A DNA stretch of 64,000 nt from Oopsacas minuta (taxonomy: Eukaryota > Animalia > Porifera), in assembly GCA_024704765.1 (NCBI GenBank), contig JAKMXF010000088.1, positions 1-64,000 on the forward strand, in the 5' to 3' direction. A program made the position numbers and the translations under genes. Numbering within the stretch: position 1 is the stretch's first letter; every line of letters begins with the position of its first letter. The notes under the pieces are model-generated. The model saw nothing but the letters and a program-made list of their open reading frames with translations, did not search any database and was not told the origin of the DNA. Shown piece by piece: positions 27,340 through 38,464 of the stretch.

Positions 27340-29700
27340 AGGCAACAAATAGCCCGGGACCAATTAAGAACGACCAGACAATTATGGGTGAGCATAGGAG
27401 AGTTGCTTATTTGGAAGAATTTTACAATACGTATACTGAATCAGGTTCATAATGAAGACAGCTTACATGCAAAGACTAAGAAACATACAGCAGAGTAAGT
27501 ATTTCTTATTGAACACTTGTACTCCCGTAGTATAGGCCGGCTAGCTTCTGTTTGTGGGATATACAATTATTGCGTCAAGAAAACTAAAGTGTATTATGTT
27601 TAGTGAATTTGAAACCTATTAGGTAATTATTAAATGATGAATTCTGTAAAAGTTGTTGCACGAGCAACGATGTAGAAGAATTATATAGAGTTGGCTTGAG
27701 ACACATAACTGTTACCAGAGTATTAATCGTTCCTCATTTTGGAGCGGGGTCTCGCTCCGCGCTTCCGCCCTGAAAAAGGAGCGAAACTCCGGCTCCCGCC
27801 CCAGGACAAATGGAGCGTGCTCCAATCGCGCTCCTTTTCATTCATTTAGATTTACAGTATATTTGTATTTTAAGTAATCAGGAATGAAATTAAACATTGT
27901 ACATTTGTGAAGTTACTAAAAGTGCAACGTCCAACCATTCAATAAATTGTGAATTTACAAAAGTGTCCCAGTAACCACTTTTTATAACAAGAATACTGAA
28001 TTTTATGCAGGATAACAACGAAATTTGTAAATTATTTGTAATTAAATAGGAGCGTGCACCAGTGTGTGCGCTCCTTAATGCCCTGGCTGTTACCCAAGGC
28101 TCAGAGCTTGTACGCATACCAGTCAAGGAGTGTAGTTGAGAGAATTATGTACTATAATCAGAGTTTATCTAGTAGAGATGATGAAAATGTAGTCAGTAGT
28201 AGAGATTACATTGATGATGATGAAAGGATTATGTATACAGTGGAGAGGACATCAATGAAATGAAGACAGCAAGGGATTGTGACACCAATCTTGACGAGAA
28301 ATCGCAAAAAGAGAATAATATCCTGGTGATTATAGTGTATTTATGCCAAAGAAGCTTATGATTGTCAATCTGAATCCTTCTATAGGTTACTACAGAGTTA
28401 TGGACACAAGCGGAGAAACTATGGAAATATGCTCTGATGTTCGTAAAAGGCAGACACTAATTACCTAACAAATACAGAAAAATGATAAGTCAAGCACTCT
28501 AAAAAATGTGTATGAATTCAATGTGGGATATTGTGTAAGTATACGGATTCCTCGAATTGATGAGCTAACACGGATACACAGCATTTCTATGTGGTAGTGG
28601 TGGAAATAACAGGAAAAGCCCTTATTATGTTTCGGCTGCTATGTGAGTCAGGAGTCTTAAATTGTTGTTACAGAGCTTCAGATCTAGAGATATACGATGG
28701 TCATTCAATATTCCGTATGTAGTTGGGTGCAATAGCGTCGTGCTATATGTGCCTGGGAGCCCGGGCTCCCCTAAATATTCTCCGACCATTCACATCATTA
28801 CTCCAAGGGACCAGAAAAATTTCAACTTTCTGGGCTAATTACAAATCAAACGTTATTTCTTGCGATGAGTTCCGCTCCTGGACCTTACTGACTGGTTACA
28901 GCGGCCATTGACCCTCATCCAGAACTTAGTGCACAGTAGATTGGATTTGTGCCCCCTCCATATTTCAAAGCCACACGACGCCACAGATCTAACAACTGAA
29001 GCACATCAACACCAGAACCAGTTTTATCAGTGATGTGATAACACAAACTACATAAATAGTCACTTTGAGAGGCAAATAAGAAAAAGGCCCTATGGAATGT
29101 GTCCCAAGTAAACATTTAAACAAATGTAGTTGCTAACCGAGTAGCTGTAATAACCGGAGATGTAATTGGCTTAGGAAGGGGATAGATTGCAGTAGCCACT
29201 GTCACCAGTGAAAAGGCTGTAAAAACATAGTCTCTAACAATAAATCAGGTGAAAGTGAAGTAAAATTATGTGATGAATATGTCGAAAAGAGCATTACAAT
29301 AATAAATGCAAAGAGCCATGTTCGTGTCGTAAAAGGTGCAATAGTTGCAAGAACAGTCTTTTTAAGAGGTATCATAACCACGTTTGCCAGACTGCCACCC
29401 AGGGCATAGTTGCACCAAATTAGAATTAAACCCTGAAAGTGTCATTGACAAACCATCACTGAAGTGTTTATTGGTTAGAAAAATGGAACCAGTTCCTACA
29501 TCATGTTGCAAGAAGTAATATTCTGAATCCAAGAATAAGATTAATTTCTGTGGTTTGTGTGTGTCGCCTGACTGATACTGGAACTAAAATGGTGCAATGC
29601 TCCAAATGTACTGGGTGATACCATTCAGCTTGTGTGCGAATAGCAACAAAATACTTTACATCCTCAGCACAATGGAAATGTCCAAAGTTTAAGTAGTAGT
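27340..29700 (+). pseudogene. Degraded KRBA2/SCAND3-type (Ginger-related) integrase-element remnant with CXC-like and PHD domains
   Basis: Fragments: EEFY..QVHNEDSLHAKTKK (~27400-27490); FNVGYCVSIRIPRID..FRLLCESGVLNCCYRASDLE (~28520-28690); KCSC..CNNRRC..KGIDCSSHCH (~29120-29210); FCGLC..MVQCSKC..YHSACV..QWKCPK (~29545-29690). Catalytic core not seen. Interrupted by insertions. Confidence 0.65.
27716..28085. mobile_element. hAT-type MITE with GGAGCG subterminal repeats
   Basis: CAG...CTG ends. 8-bp TSD ACTGTTAC/GCTGTTAC. Confidence 0.75.
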
Positions 29701-29953
29701 TACAAACATTCTTAGTTATCATGAGAATACACTCAGATTTTGACTTCACCCTTCGAAGTAGAATTCAAAGCTATGTGTGTGACAATAATTTTCATATGAT
29801 TCAATTTCCTTTGATCATTTTGTTGATTTTGATATTACTTGATTCATAAATAGGGATTACAATATACAATTCTATAATTCTAGTAGGTATACGTATAGTT
29901 TCTAGACCTTATTACGCATGCAAAACTATGCTTCCTGTGAGGTATTTAAAAGC

Positions 29954-29996
29954 GAGTAGCGCATGCGCTGCATTTGAGTAGCACATGCGCTACATT
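29954..29996. promoter_or_regulatory. Tandem GAGTAGCGCATGCGCTGCATT motifs (GCGCATGCGC palindrome); inverted copy at 35229-35249
   Basis: Two copies at 29954-29974 and 29976-29996. One exact inverted copy of the first at 35229-35249. Each lies about 170-240 bp upstream of one of the two convergent genes. The regulatory role is inferred. Confidence 0.5.
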
Positions 29997-30192
29997 AGGA
30001 TTATTGGTAAGTCATATTTATAGATACGCGTTATCATTTCAACCATAGTTACCCAAACTGCTGAATTGAATATGATTAGATAAGTTTCGAAACCACATTA
30101 TGACAAGCGGTCATTGGAATGCTGGTACATTTATAATGTATAGGAGTAGATATATAAATTTATATCATTCGTTAGATAATTTCATTTTGGAA

Positions 30193-33100
30193 ATGGCTGA
30201 AAAAGTGACTTCATAAACTGGATCTGATAATTTATACCCAAAAAAACGAAAAATCTCGGAGAAAGAAGAAATCAGCTTCATCACATTAGACATCGACAAA
30301 GTATGCCTATCAGAAGGTGAATCATTTAAATTGATAGAATCAGTGTACCAACATGGTCAAAACCAGGTGATAATTATATTGTTAATTCCTTATGCTTTCA
30401 AGCAAACTTTAGTTGCTTGTTGATTCAATAAATTTTTCGCATAGGTCAGTGTCAACCTGATTGCTTCTCACAACCAGAAATGAAACAAGTAGAAATGCCT
30501 ATAATTGACCAGTATGTAAAACTATTGATATTGAAGTCTCACATATATAAGTTAGAGGATAATGAATATGTTATAATTGCAGATTATGATCACTCACAAG
30601 GTAAATTTGCGTTATTATCACTATTATTGTTGTCTGTTTCCATGTTTGTCTCTCTGCCCCGGTTCGTAGGGCCCAACACTTTTAATTCGGTTAATCGGGT
30701 CAAATGGCCTGGTCCCAAGTGACCCTATTAATCGGAGTCTACTGTACATTTACTATTCTCACTACCAAAACTAAACATTATGTATTTCAAGGAACCGTTT
30801 TACTAAACAGAAGGAGAACCATAATTGAAACAAACAGCAATCTATGCGCCAATCGTTATAGTGATACTTGTTCTCATTATCAAGCATTTGAACTCTGTTC
30901 ACAAAATGATTATTTGCAAGTTTGTGAAGCAAACATTCTAGGAGACATAATATATTATTTCCCAAGTCCTAACGATATCTTTCTGTTGACAGATGATACT
31001 TTTCACAACTTCTAATTAAATAATGATAGGTGGTTATGTTGTTCTTGTTCTTCAAAGTGCAAACAACATTCTAGACTCCATTATATTCTCGAAAATACTG
31101 GATCAAATACACAGAAAAAGGTTGAATATAACACGCTATCAACAAAAGCAATACCATTCAATCTAGATGAAAGCCAAATAGCAATTTACAACCACTAGCT
31201 CTGCCATGGCATCAATTTAACTTTAAATATGTATCCTGAAAAGGAATTATGTGACTACGGTTTCAAATTCAATGGAGAGGGGAAGCTTAAACTAGAGAAG
31301 GTTGGAATAGTTATCTATTTAGAAAATGAGATTAATGAATTCAAAGATTACAAAGGCATATATTTATCATCAATGAACCATTCGCTCGGTCGCAATTTTA
31401 ATTTAGTATGGTCGGTTATCCTACATATTTAGCCGTTGAAAACAAGTCTTTGCAATTATAAAGGAATTTCAATAAATATTTGGTCTACATATAAGATTGT
31501 TCATTCGATTGGAATGAACTCGTCCCAATTTACCCCCTCCCTAAATTGCCTGTGCTTGGTAACTCAGTAATTATATTGTAAGTATATAGTTTACAGTTCA
31601 AGATGCAGTGGACCTTGCAATTGCTTGGCAGTCTTCGAAGGTCAGAACAGTTTACTGTTAAACATCAACAACAAGTACTTTGTTCATTACAGTTTGTTAT
31701 ATGATTATAGCGAGTTGATGACCATGTCTAGAAATACTTTGTACGGTTACTTGAGGTATGTATTGTTTAAAATAATATTCTTGATAAATTAAAATTCCTA
31801 TATACATACAATCTAATTCCTCGTTTTACTCTTTAGTGCTAAGAACAGGAAGTTTATCAGAATGAGTAGAACGAATACATTTCATTATCACATTGTTTAT
31901 CAGGCATGGAACGCCTATCTAAGAACAGTAGACATAGATTATGACTCGAACTACATATATCCAAAGTGTGAAGATCATCCCGATGTGATAATTTTAGATG
32001 GCATAGCGATGGGAACAATGAAATCGGTACCAGAAATGGATGCAAAATCCGATGAGGATCAGCAATACCCTATGATCCCATTTTCAGATCGTGTTTTTAT
32101 CCCCGACACAGCAATTAGAAAGCAACTCCTTAAATACTGTTCTGAAAGTTTGACAGAAAATATACTAAAAGACCTATTGAAGTCTATTCATAAAGAAATG
32201 GCTGATTATATTTTATTTAGTTCCATTAGGACAGAAAATTTAGTGACTATAAGTGAAGAATATATACACGTTAAGAAAGTCATAAAACTCCTTTGCCATA
32301 CAGATCCAATATCAGGAGTATTCCAATCCTCCCTGCTGGAACCGAATGAACGAAAAGCAATACCTCTTCTTACCAATGGAAATCAGCAAGTGAAGATTCC
32401 TTAAATTCAATATATCAGAAGATGTATACATTGGATATCTTATTCAATTCTATCAAACCTAATGAAGATATCACATGCACAGGGTTTGTCACTTTACATC
32501 CCAAAGTTTTCCCGCTGTTGAAAAGGATCCTGACACAAATAGAGAGTTTATTTAGTAGAGCGTCAAGAAAATTAATGGAATATTCTCAACAAAGCGAAAA
32601 CTATACAATTATTTCCCAGCATTCACAACAAACTACATGTAAGTTCAAACTTGTAATTGTGTTTATACTGAAAATACTAATTGCTATTCAACTTTTTTTA
32701 TATTTTACCATTCTACTATACTTGTACAGGTTGCCAGTATACGAAAATCTAGAAGTTGAGTCAGCTGAACCGTGTCTCAAAAAGTTTCCAACTCACAAAA
32801 GGTTTTCCCCCGGAATAGTAGCAATCGCTTGTAAACACAGAATTTGTTATGGTTTCCAAATCCTCAGACAACACGAATCTACAGTTGTAATTTATAATTT
32901 GTTAATGACCATATTCAGAGAACAGCCAAAAGTGATCATCTACGACAATGCTTGCAACTTACGCAAAACATGTATGAAAAGGTAAGTGCACATAACAAAT
33001 TGGGTATAAATAATAAATAGTCGAGATTTCAAGTAGAAATTTATTTGTGATTTTTATATCGGGACCCCAAAGTATTTCGTAAGATAACTTTTCTGATTGA

Positions 33101-33329
33101 TCGATTCCATTCTACAAACCACAAGTGCAATCCCTCTTATTCTTTGAGATCAATTCAGACTGACGAGATGAAAAAGCTAAACTCACAAATTTGTGAGCAG
33201 TTGTTTTCATCACTAAGAAGGATAGCAACACAAATCGCATACATGCGTATTGATAATGTATTCTTCACTACAAGATATTTTCTAGCATGCTTGAATCTAC
33301 ATATTCTATCACAAATTAATAAAATATGA
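30193..33329 (+). pseudogene. KDZ (Kyakuja-Dileera-Zisupton/CxC, HMGXB3-like) transposase gene, multi-exon, degraded
   Basis: WLCCSCSSKCKQH (SWIM-like, ~31035), YPKCEDHPDVIILDGIAMG, FSPGIVAIACKHRICYGF..HES..VIIYDNAC, LIDRFHSTNHKC and LNSQICEQLFS. GT-AG introns present, with one acceptor decayed at about 33060. Scattered stops. Confidence 0.85.
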
Positions 33330-33336
33330 AAATAGT

Positions 33337-35059
33337 TTATATGTTAGGAGACTCACAACAATTGCGACAATGAAAGTTATCGATGTCTTTGTCAATATCT
33401 TCAAGTTCTACACATGGTTTGTGGAACCATTTAAGATATTTGGGACATTCAATCATATTTTTTGAGGCGCAACTGGGTAGATGACACAAACACCATAACT
33501 TTATCTTTAAATCTGTCCCTAGATTTGTAGTCAGGCGAGATCGTAATACTATGCTTTCTATCTTAGGAAAGGGTGTTACAATTTCGCTGTTGAAACAATC
33601 AGTTAGGTCAGATCTCATTCTTGACTGTTTCCAGTATACTTGGGTTGGGTCGCCTCCCGTTGCTATTGTCAAACAGACTGCAGCTGCAAATAAACCACAA
33701 TCCGCCCACCTCTTTGCTGCTGAATAGGAGCAAGGGCGACTTTCAGCTCATGATCAGCATCATTCCCATATAGAAAGGTCAATTGCACAGCTAATTCACC
33801 AGATATTCTCCCAGTAGATAGCGAATCATATAAAGTTACATGCCCTTCAACATCAATACTGGAGCAAACCCAGTGAGGTGCGCTATCGTGATGCAGCTGT
33901 ATACTAGGACGAGGAACTTTGACGAATTGGCGATTCTAAGAATTAATTGAATATCAAATATTGACTTACAATTCAAAATTTAAACCGAGAAACTCACTTC
34001 GGAGAGAATAGTATCCTGAAGTTCCTGTAAATGGGGGAAATTCTTCTTAAGTAATGTCTACAAATAGATATATGGTTGAGGACATTTTCTAACATAACGG
34101 ATTGAATTTCAATGTATGATAAACTTACACAGAATGCATTAATGGTGGTGCCTGTTAGAAAAGTATTACGACTTGACAATTATGAAATTGACAAGTTTTT
34201 CTCATTTAAACTAATGGGAGGAGTGATTATTTGAATAGGATCCAATGGCTTAACTACGAGTAATGTCATCAGACGGGATGTTGGGGTAGGTGTTTGAGGA
34301 TCTGAAATAGGTTTGTTCGAAGCGATAACGGGTTACTGAAAAAGCTCATCGAAGGAATCATCACTAGCGAAATCAAGAGGAGATCCAGATCGGTCACGGT
34401 AGATATCATGTCGCGATGCTTGAGAAGAGCTTGGAGACTTCTGAGATTGAGGGCGAACTTAAACTCGCGCTTTCATAGAGTAATCCTTATATGACTCTAT
34501 TATCATACGCAGATGAATCTTACATGCGCTTTTTATGTTTTCGAAAGGGGCTCTTTCGGGCCAAAAAGGTGGTTTGAGAGAAGGATCATTCCAAAAAATA
34601 CCTTTCCCTAAAAATACAGAGATATATAATCAGTGACCCATATAATTATATAAATTCACACTGTTGACTTACTAGTTGACACTTTTATAATCGCAGAAAC
34701 AAGTCTTCGGAGTCCTTGTACATTATAGCCAGATATATCTCCATCTAATAGCTTGAGGATTTCGTGATCACGCGCAGGCTTTGATGACGCTGACGTACTT
34801 GTAGATATTTGGTTAGTCAGTAGAGTTCTTGATATTTCATAGCTATTCCCAGTGATATAGGATTGAAATTTTTCTGGACCCAAAGAGCCAAGCTTTCCAT
34901 GCCATGAAAATACAGCTCAGGCATATTCACCTGTAACTGAACGAAACTCAGACAATATGTCTGTCAGTACCATTATAGCATTACTCTTTGTCAATTGGGT
35001 ATCTTTGGCATTTTGGCTAATCAAGGGTACAGAAGGGGAAATCAAGAGGAAACACTCAT
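33337..35059 (-). pseudogene. Ulp1/C48-type cysteine protease plus PHD finger gene, convergent with the KDZ transposase, degraded
   Basis: FLTGTTINAF (~34150), PHWVCSS..TLYDSL (His, Asp; ~33830-33885), QQQRGG-ADCGLFAAAVC (Gln, Cys; ~33680-33720, 1-nt frameshift). C-terminal WCLCHLP..MIECPK..WFHKPC..FHCRNC PHD. Confidence 0.82.
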
Positions 35060-36186
35060 TGAGTAGAGTATAAAATTAATTGAGAAACATATTTAGGGAA
35101 TTGCTAATAAAGGAAGTGGAAATAAGTAAAAATATTCAAATATAAATATCAGTACCTGCGGATTTAATTACACTATAATAGGATGTAATTTGAGAGCCTA
35201 CTTTTTTCCAAAATTCTAATTATATTTTAATGCAGCGCATGCGCTACTCATTTTAAATATATGATCTTGTACACAATTCGCATCCATATATTAATCTCGC
35301 ATCAGATCATAGCCGGATGGCCGAATTCTTAACCGAGCGCCGGTAACGTAACCGGGCAGGTTGCGCACCGGGGGGAACATATATATATACATACAGATTA
35401 TTGAGTTTTAATTTTATCAATGTGAATTTACAAATTTTCATATTTAGAAACTTTGAAATGACAAAAACTACCTATTAAATCGACAAAAATTACCTACGCT
35501 AGTATAGGTATCATCCAAATGACGTCCCTCTTGGTACCATGGGGACAAAATTATAAGTTGTGTGCTCGGTTTTTTGCGGCTAACTTGACACTTTGTTTTT
35601 TTTGAAATGCCGATATTTGGTCTTATAACCAGGGACGTAGCCACGGGGACATGGGGAAGCAATTCCCACCTGACAAAATCTCGTGCGCCGGGGCATGACT
35701 CCTCTGCTAAACACGTGCGCCAGGGGTCCCCTTGGCAAAAATTAAACATTGTCAAACTTCGATTTTTTGAATCTTAGGCGCTCAAACATCGATGCACAGC
35801 CAGAAGGAGTGCAATATTGTGCAGTTGTACCAAGTTGTTTAGATGTTTATGTTTAGATAACATGATAATTTTTGTTACATAATTTTACTTATACTATTTA
35901 GTGAATACAAATTTACTCTGCTACATTAGTGATAATTATTTAGAATGGAGATGTTTTGTTACAAAACCTCAGTACTTTGTCTTACTTCACTCAGGCTACT
36001 TGTGTTTCGCTGTCCATAATTGCTTAATGATATATTTTGCTAAAATTTCCTGCACCAAGTCATTATCTTATTTTTTCTGGAAATTTCCTCTTTAATATTA
36101 ATTATGACGTCATTTAAATATTCATTTTGACTTCTATTACTATTATTTACCTTAATTATTTCCCTACTTGACAATTAGCTCTGAAA

Positions 36187-37230
36187 ATGACTCAATACGC
36201 GAAGAGGGAAATTGTGAGGACACTTCTACAATCCGGAAGCTTTTGCCCAAGAAAATCTTTGTTAATTGTGGAATTTTCTTAGCTACAGTTTACAATGTTA
36301 AACGCCGATTAGATGAAGGTGTACCGCTATCTCACCAAAAGGGGCGCAGGGAGACCCATAGCTTGCGATCTTCCATCAAACTGTCTGTTCTTCACCAGGT
36401 ACGATGTAAACCATACCTCTCTTTGCGAACATTAGCAAGTCGTACAGGTAATAAGGCTTCCTGTCAGACTGTCCGGGGAGTGTTGAAGGGCCAATCTTAT
36501 AACAAACCTTAGCCTGTCAGATCCCTATGCTGAGTGAAAAAAATCGCATGTACAGGATAGAATGGGCAAAAAGTGCAATACCTGAAGAAACAATGGGCCC
36601 AAACAATATTTCTTGACGAGTGTCAATCTGGCTCTCAATGGGAAGATTAAGGATGTGGACAAAATCCAAGAAAAAAAGGATCGCCCCAACACCGAAGCAT
36701 GTCCCAAAGATACACGTGTGGGCTGCATTCTCATCTATCCGTACATTCTCATTGTGCGTTTTCACTAACAATACGAACCATGAAATGTTTTCAGATATAA
36801 TGGAAGGATATTTGATAACTCAGGTACAGGTATATCATGAAAGTCACTGACGATTGGTGATGGATAATGATCCAAAACACACCTCGCAAAAGGTCCGCAC
36901 CTGGTTGGCACAAAATGTACCAAATCAGATTCCATGGCCTTCACAAAGTCCAGATCTTAACCCCATTGAAAATTTATTCGCATGGTGAAGTGAGAGATAC
37001 TTAAGCTAGGCCCAAGGACAATTCCAGAACTGAAACTCAATTTAGAAGTGGTCTGGAATCATATTCAACCAGATTTTCTCAAACCTTACTGGGAATCAAT
37101 GCCCAGAAGATTCCAACTAGTAGTAGAGAGCAACGGATATCCTATTAATTATTAAGATCTATTACTTTCTCTCAGTTTGGGGTATATATGGCAATGTATA
37201 CTGTAACTCTAATAATTTTCGGCTTAAGTG
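36187..37230 (+). mobile_element. Tc1 (DD34E) transposase pseudogene (36187-37155) with right end
   Basis: MTQYAKREIV.., FLDEC, PKHVPKIHVWAAFS and MDNDPKH-(34)-SPDLNPIE. Frameshifts and stops present. Ends ..CGGCTTAAGTG|TA. Left TIR not identified. Confidence 0.88.
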
Positions 37231-37232
37231 TA

Positions 37233-37465
37233 TTTACAATTTCTTTTGAAATATTCATTACTTTTTGAAGCATTTTATATTTTGAAAATTCAACGAAGAA
37301 GTTAGACTAGGGTCACTTCAGTCACTAATTTGACTCACTTATACTCATCAGATTTAAACGAAATTAGTATCATTGGAAAGAAGAGAGTTGAACGTTTAAA
37401 GTAATATGTTTCGATTTTAAAAACATTTACTTTTTGCTACTTTTTTGGTTAAAAATTTTAGTGCT
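37233..37465. repeat. About 230-bp repeat, inverted partner at about 47930-48160
   Basis: Contains an almost identical ~90-bp core GTTAGACTAGGGTCACTTCAGTCACTAATTTGACTCAC..GAGAGTTGAAC in opposite orientations, with more diverged flanks. Confidence 0.8.
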
Positions 37466-38044
37466 ATGACTCCCTTGAATTTACCCACCTAAAAGTCAGA
37501 ATTCGATTCTGAAATTATGTATACATACTTTAGTGATATGGACGTTTATGAAAATTAAATTACATTAAAAAAATATTAATAACTCGCGGAGCTAGAGGAA
37601 TTCAAATTTTAAATCGGGGGTGAGAGTGGTAGGAGATTAATCATATTCTACATAAAGTAGGGTCAATTCAAACTCATGTTTCTTACCCTAAATCCGAATA
37701 TATTTCAATTATTTTTATGGTAATCGATAATTGAGATATAGACGTTTATAACAATAGCGATATTTTCGTGAAACACTAAAAATTATCACCAGCAACGGCC
37801 TGCAAAAATCGATAAATTCTCACGTTTTTGTGTATTACGAATTCTAACTTTGAGATCAATTCCTGAAGTTATTTCTCATCAGAATCCCTTCAAATTTTAT
37901 GGATACCTTCTTTCGTAACTTATAATTCAATTTCCTTAAAAAAAACAGGGGGTCGCTAGTACTTTTTGTAAACATTTGATGGTAATATATTTTGAGGGTT
38001 CATTTTCACTTGGAGTCAATGTTAACCTTAATTCTTGTGGATAC

Positions 38045-38168
38045 TGTTATCCGCGTATAGATCTTTAATAGAGAATTCGTATTAAGATTAACTACCAATT
38101 ATACTAAACTGATTAACTAAGTACTAGTAGCTCTCTAGCGAGCTTATGGGTTCCTATGATCTATAACA
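38045..38168 (-). mobile_element. 3' LTR (124 bp) of the Gypsy retrotransposon
   Basis: TGTTAT...ATAACA termini. Lies just downstream of the integrase stop and a purine-rich tract on the minus strand. Confidence 0.7.
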
Positions 38169-38464
38169 TCACCGCCTACTTTATGGGGTTCTGCTTTTCT
38201 CCTGCTACTTCCGCCTCCAGCCTGTGGGTACCTGTTCCCATTCTACGAAGTCTTCATACGTCTTTCCCTTAAGCTTCCTTCTGGGATACCGCCCGACATT
38301 GGCCTCCATATCCTCGACGTCCCTTGGGATCTCTGCTGTGTCCCTATCACTGGCCGCATTCTCGGCGATTCCGGTACTAATCGCTGTCTTAGGAGTAACC
38401 TCCTCTTCTCCTCCGTAACTTGTTCCTCCGTTTCGTTGGGGGTATACTATAACCGGTGAGGGCC

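Noticed and set aside
28915-29115. Minus-strand ORF resembling a host enzyme exon
   Set aside because: No recognisable motif. It lies in an insertion interrupting the plus-strand integrase remnant.
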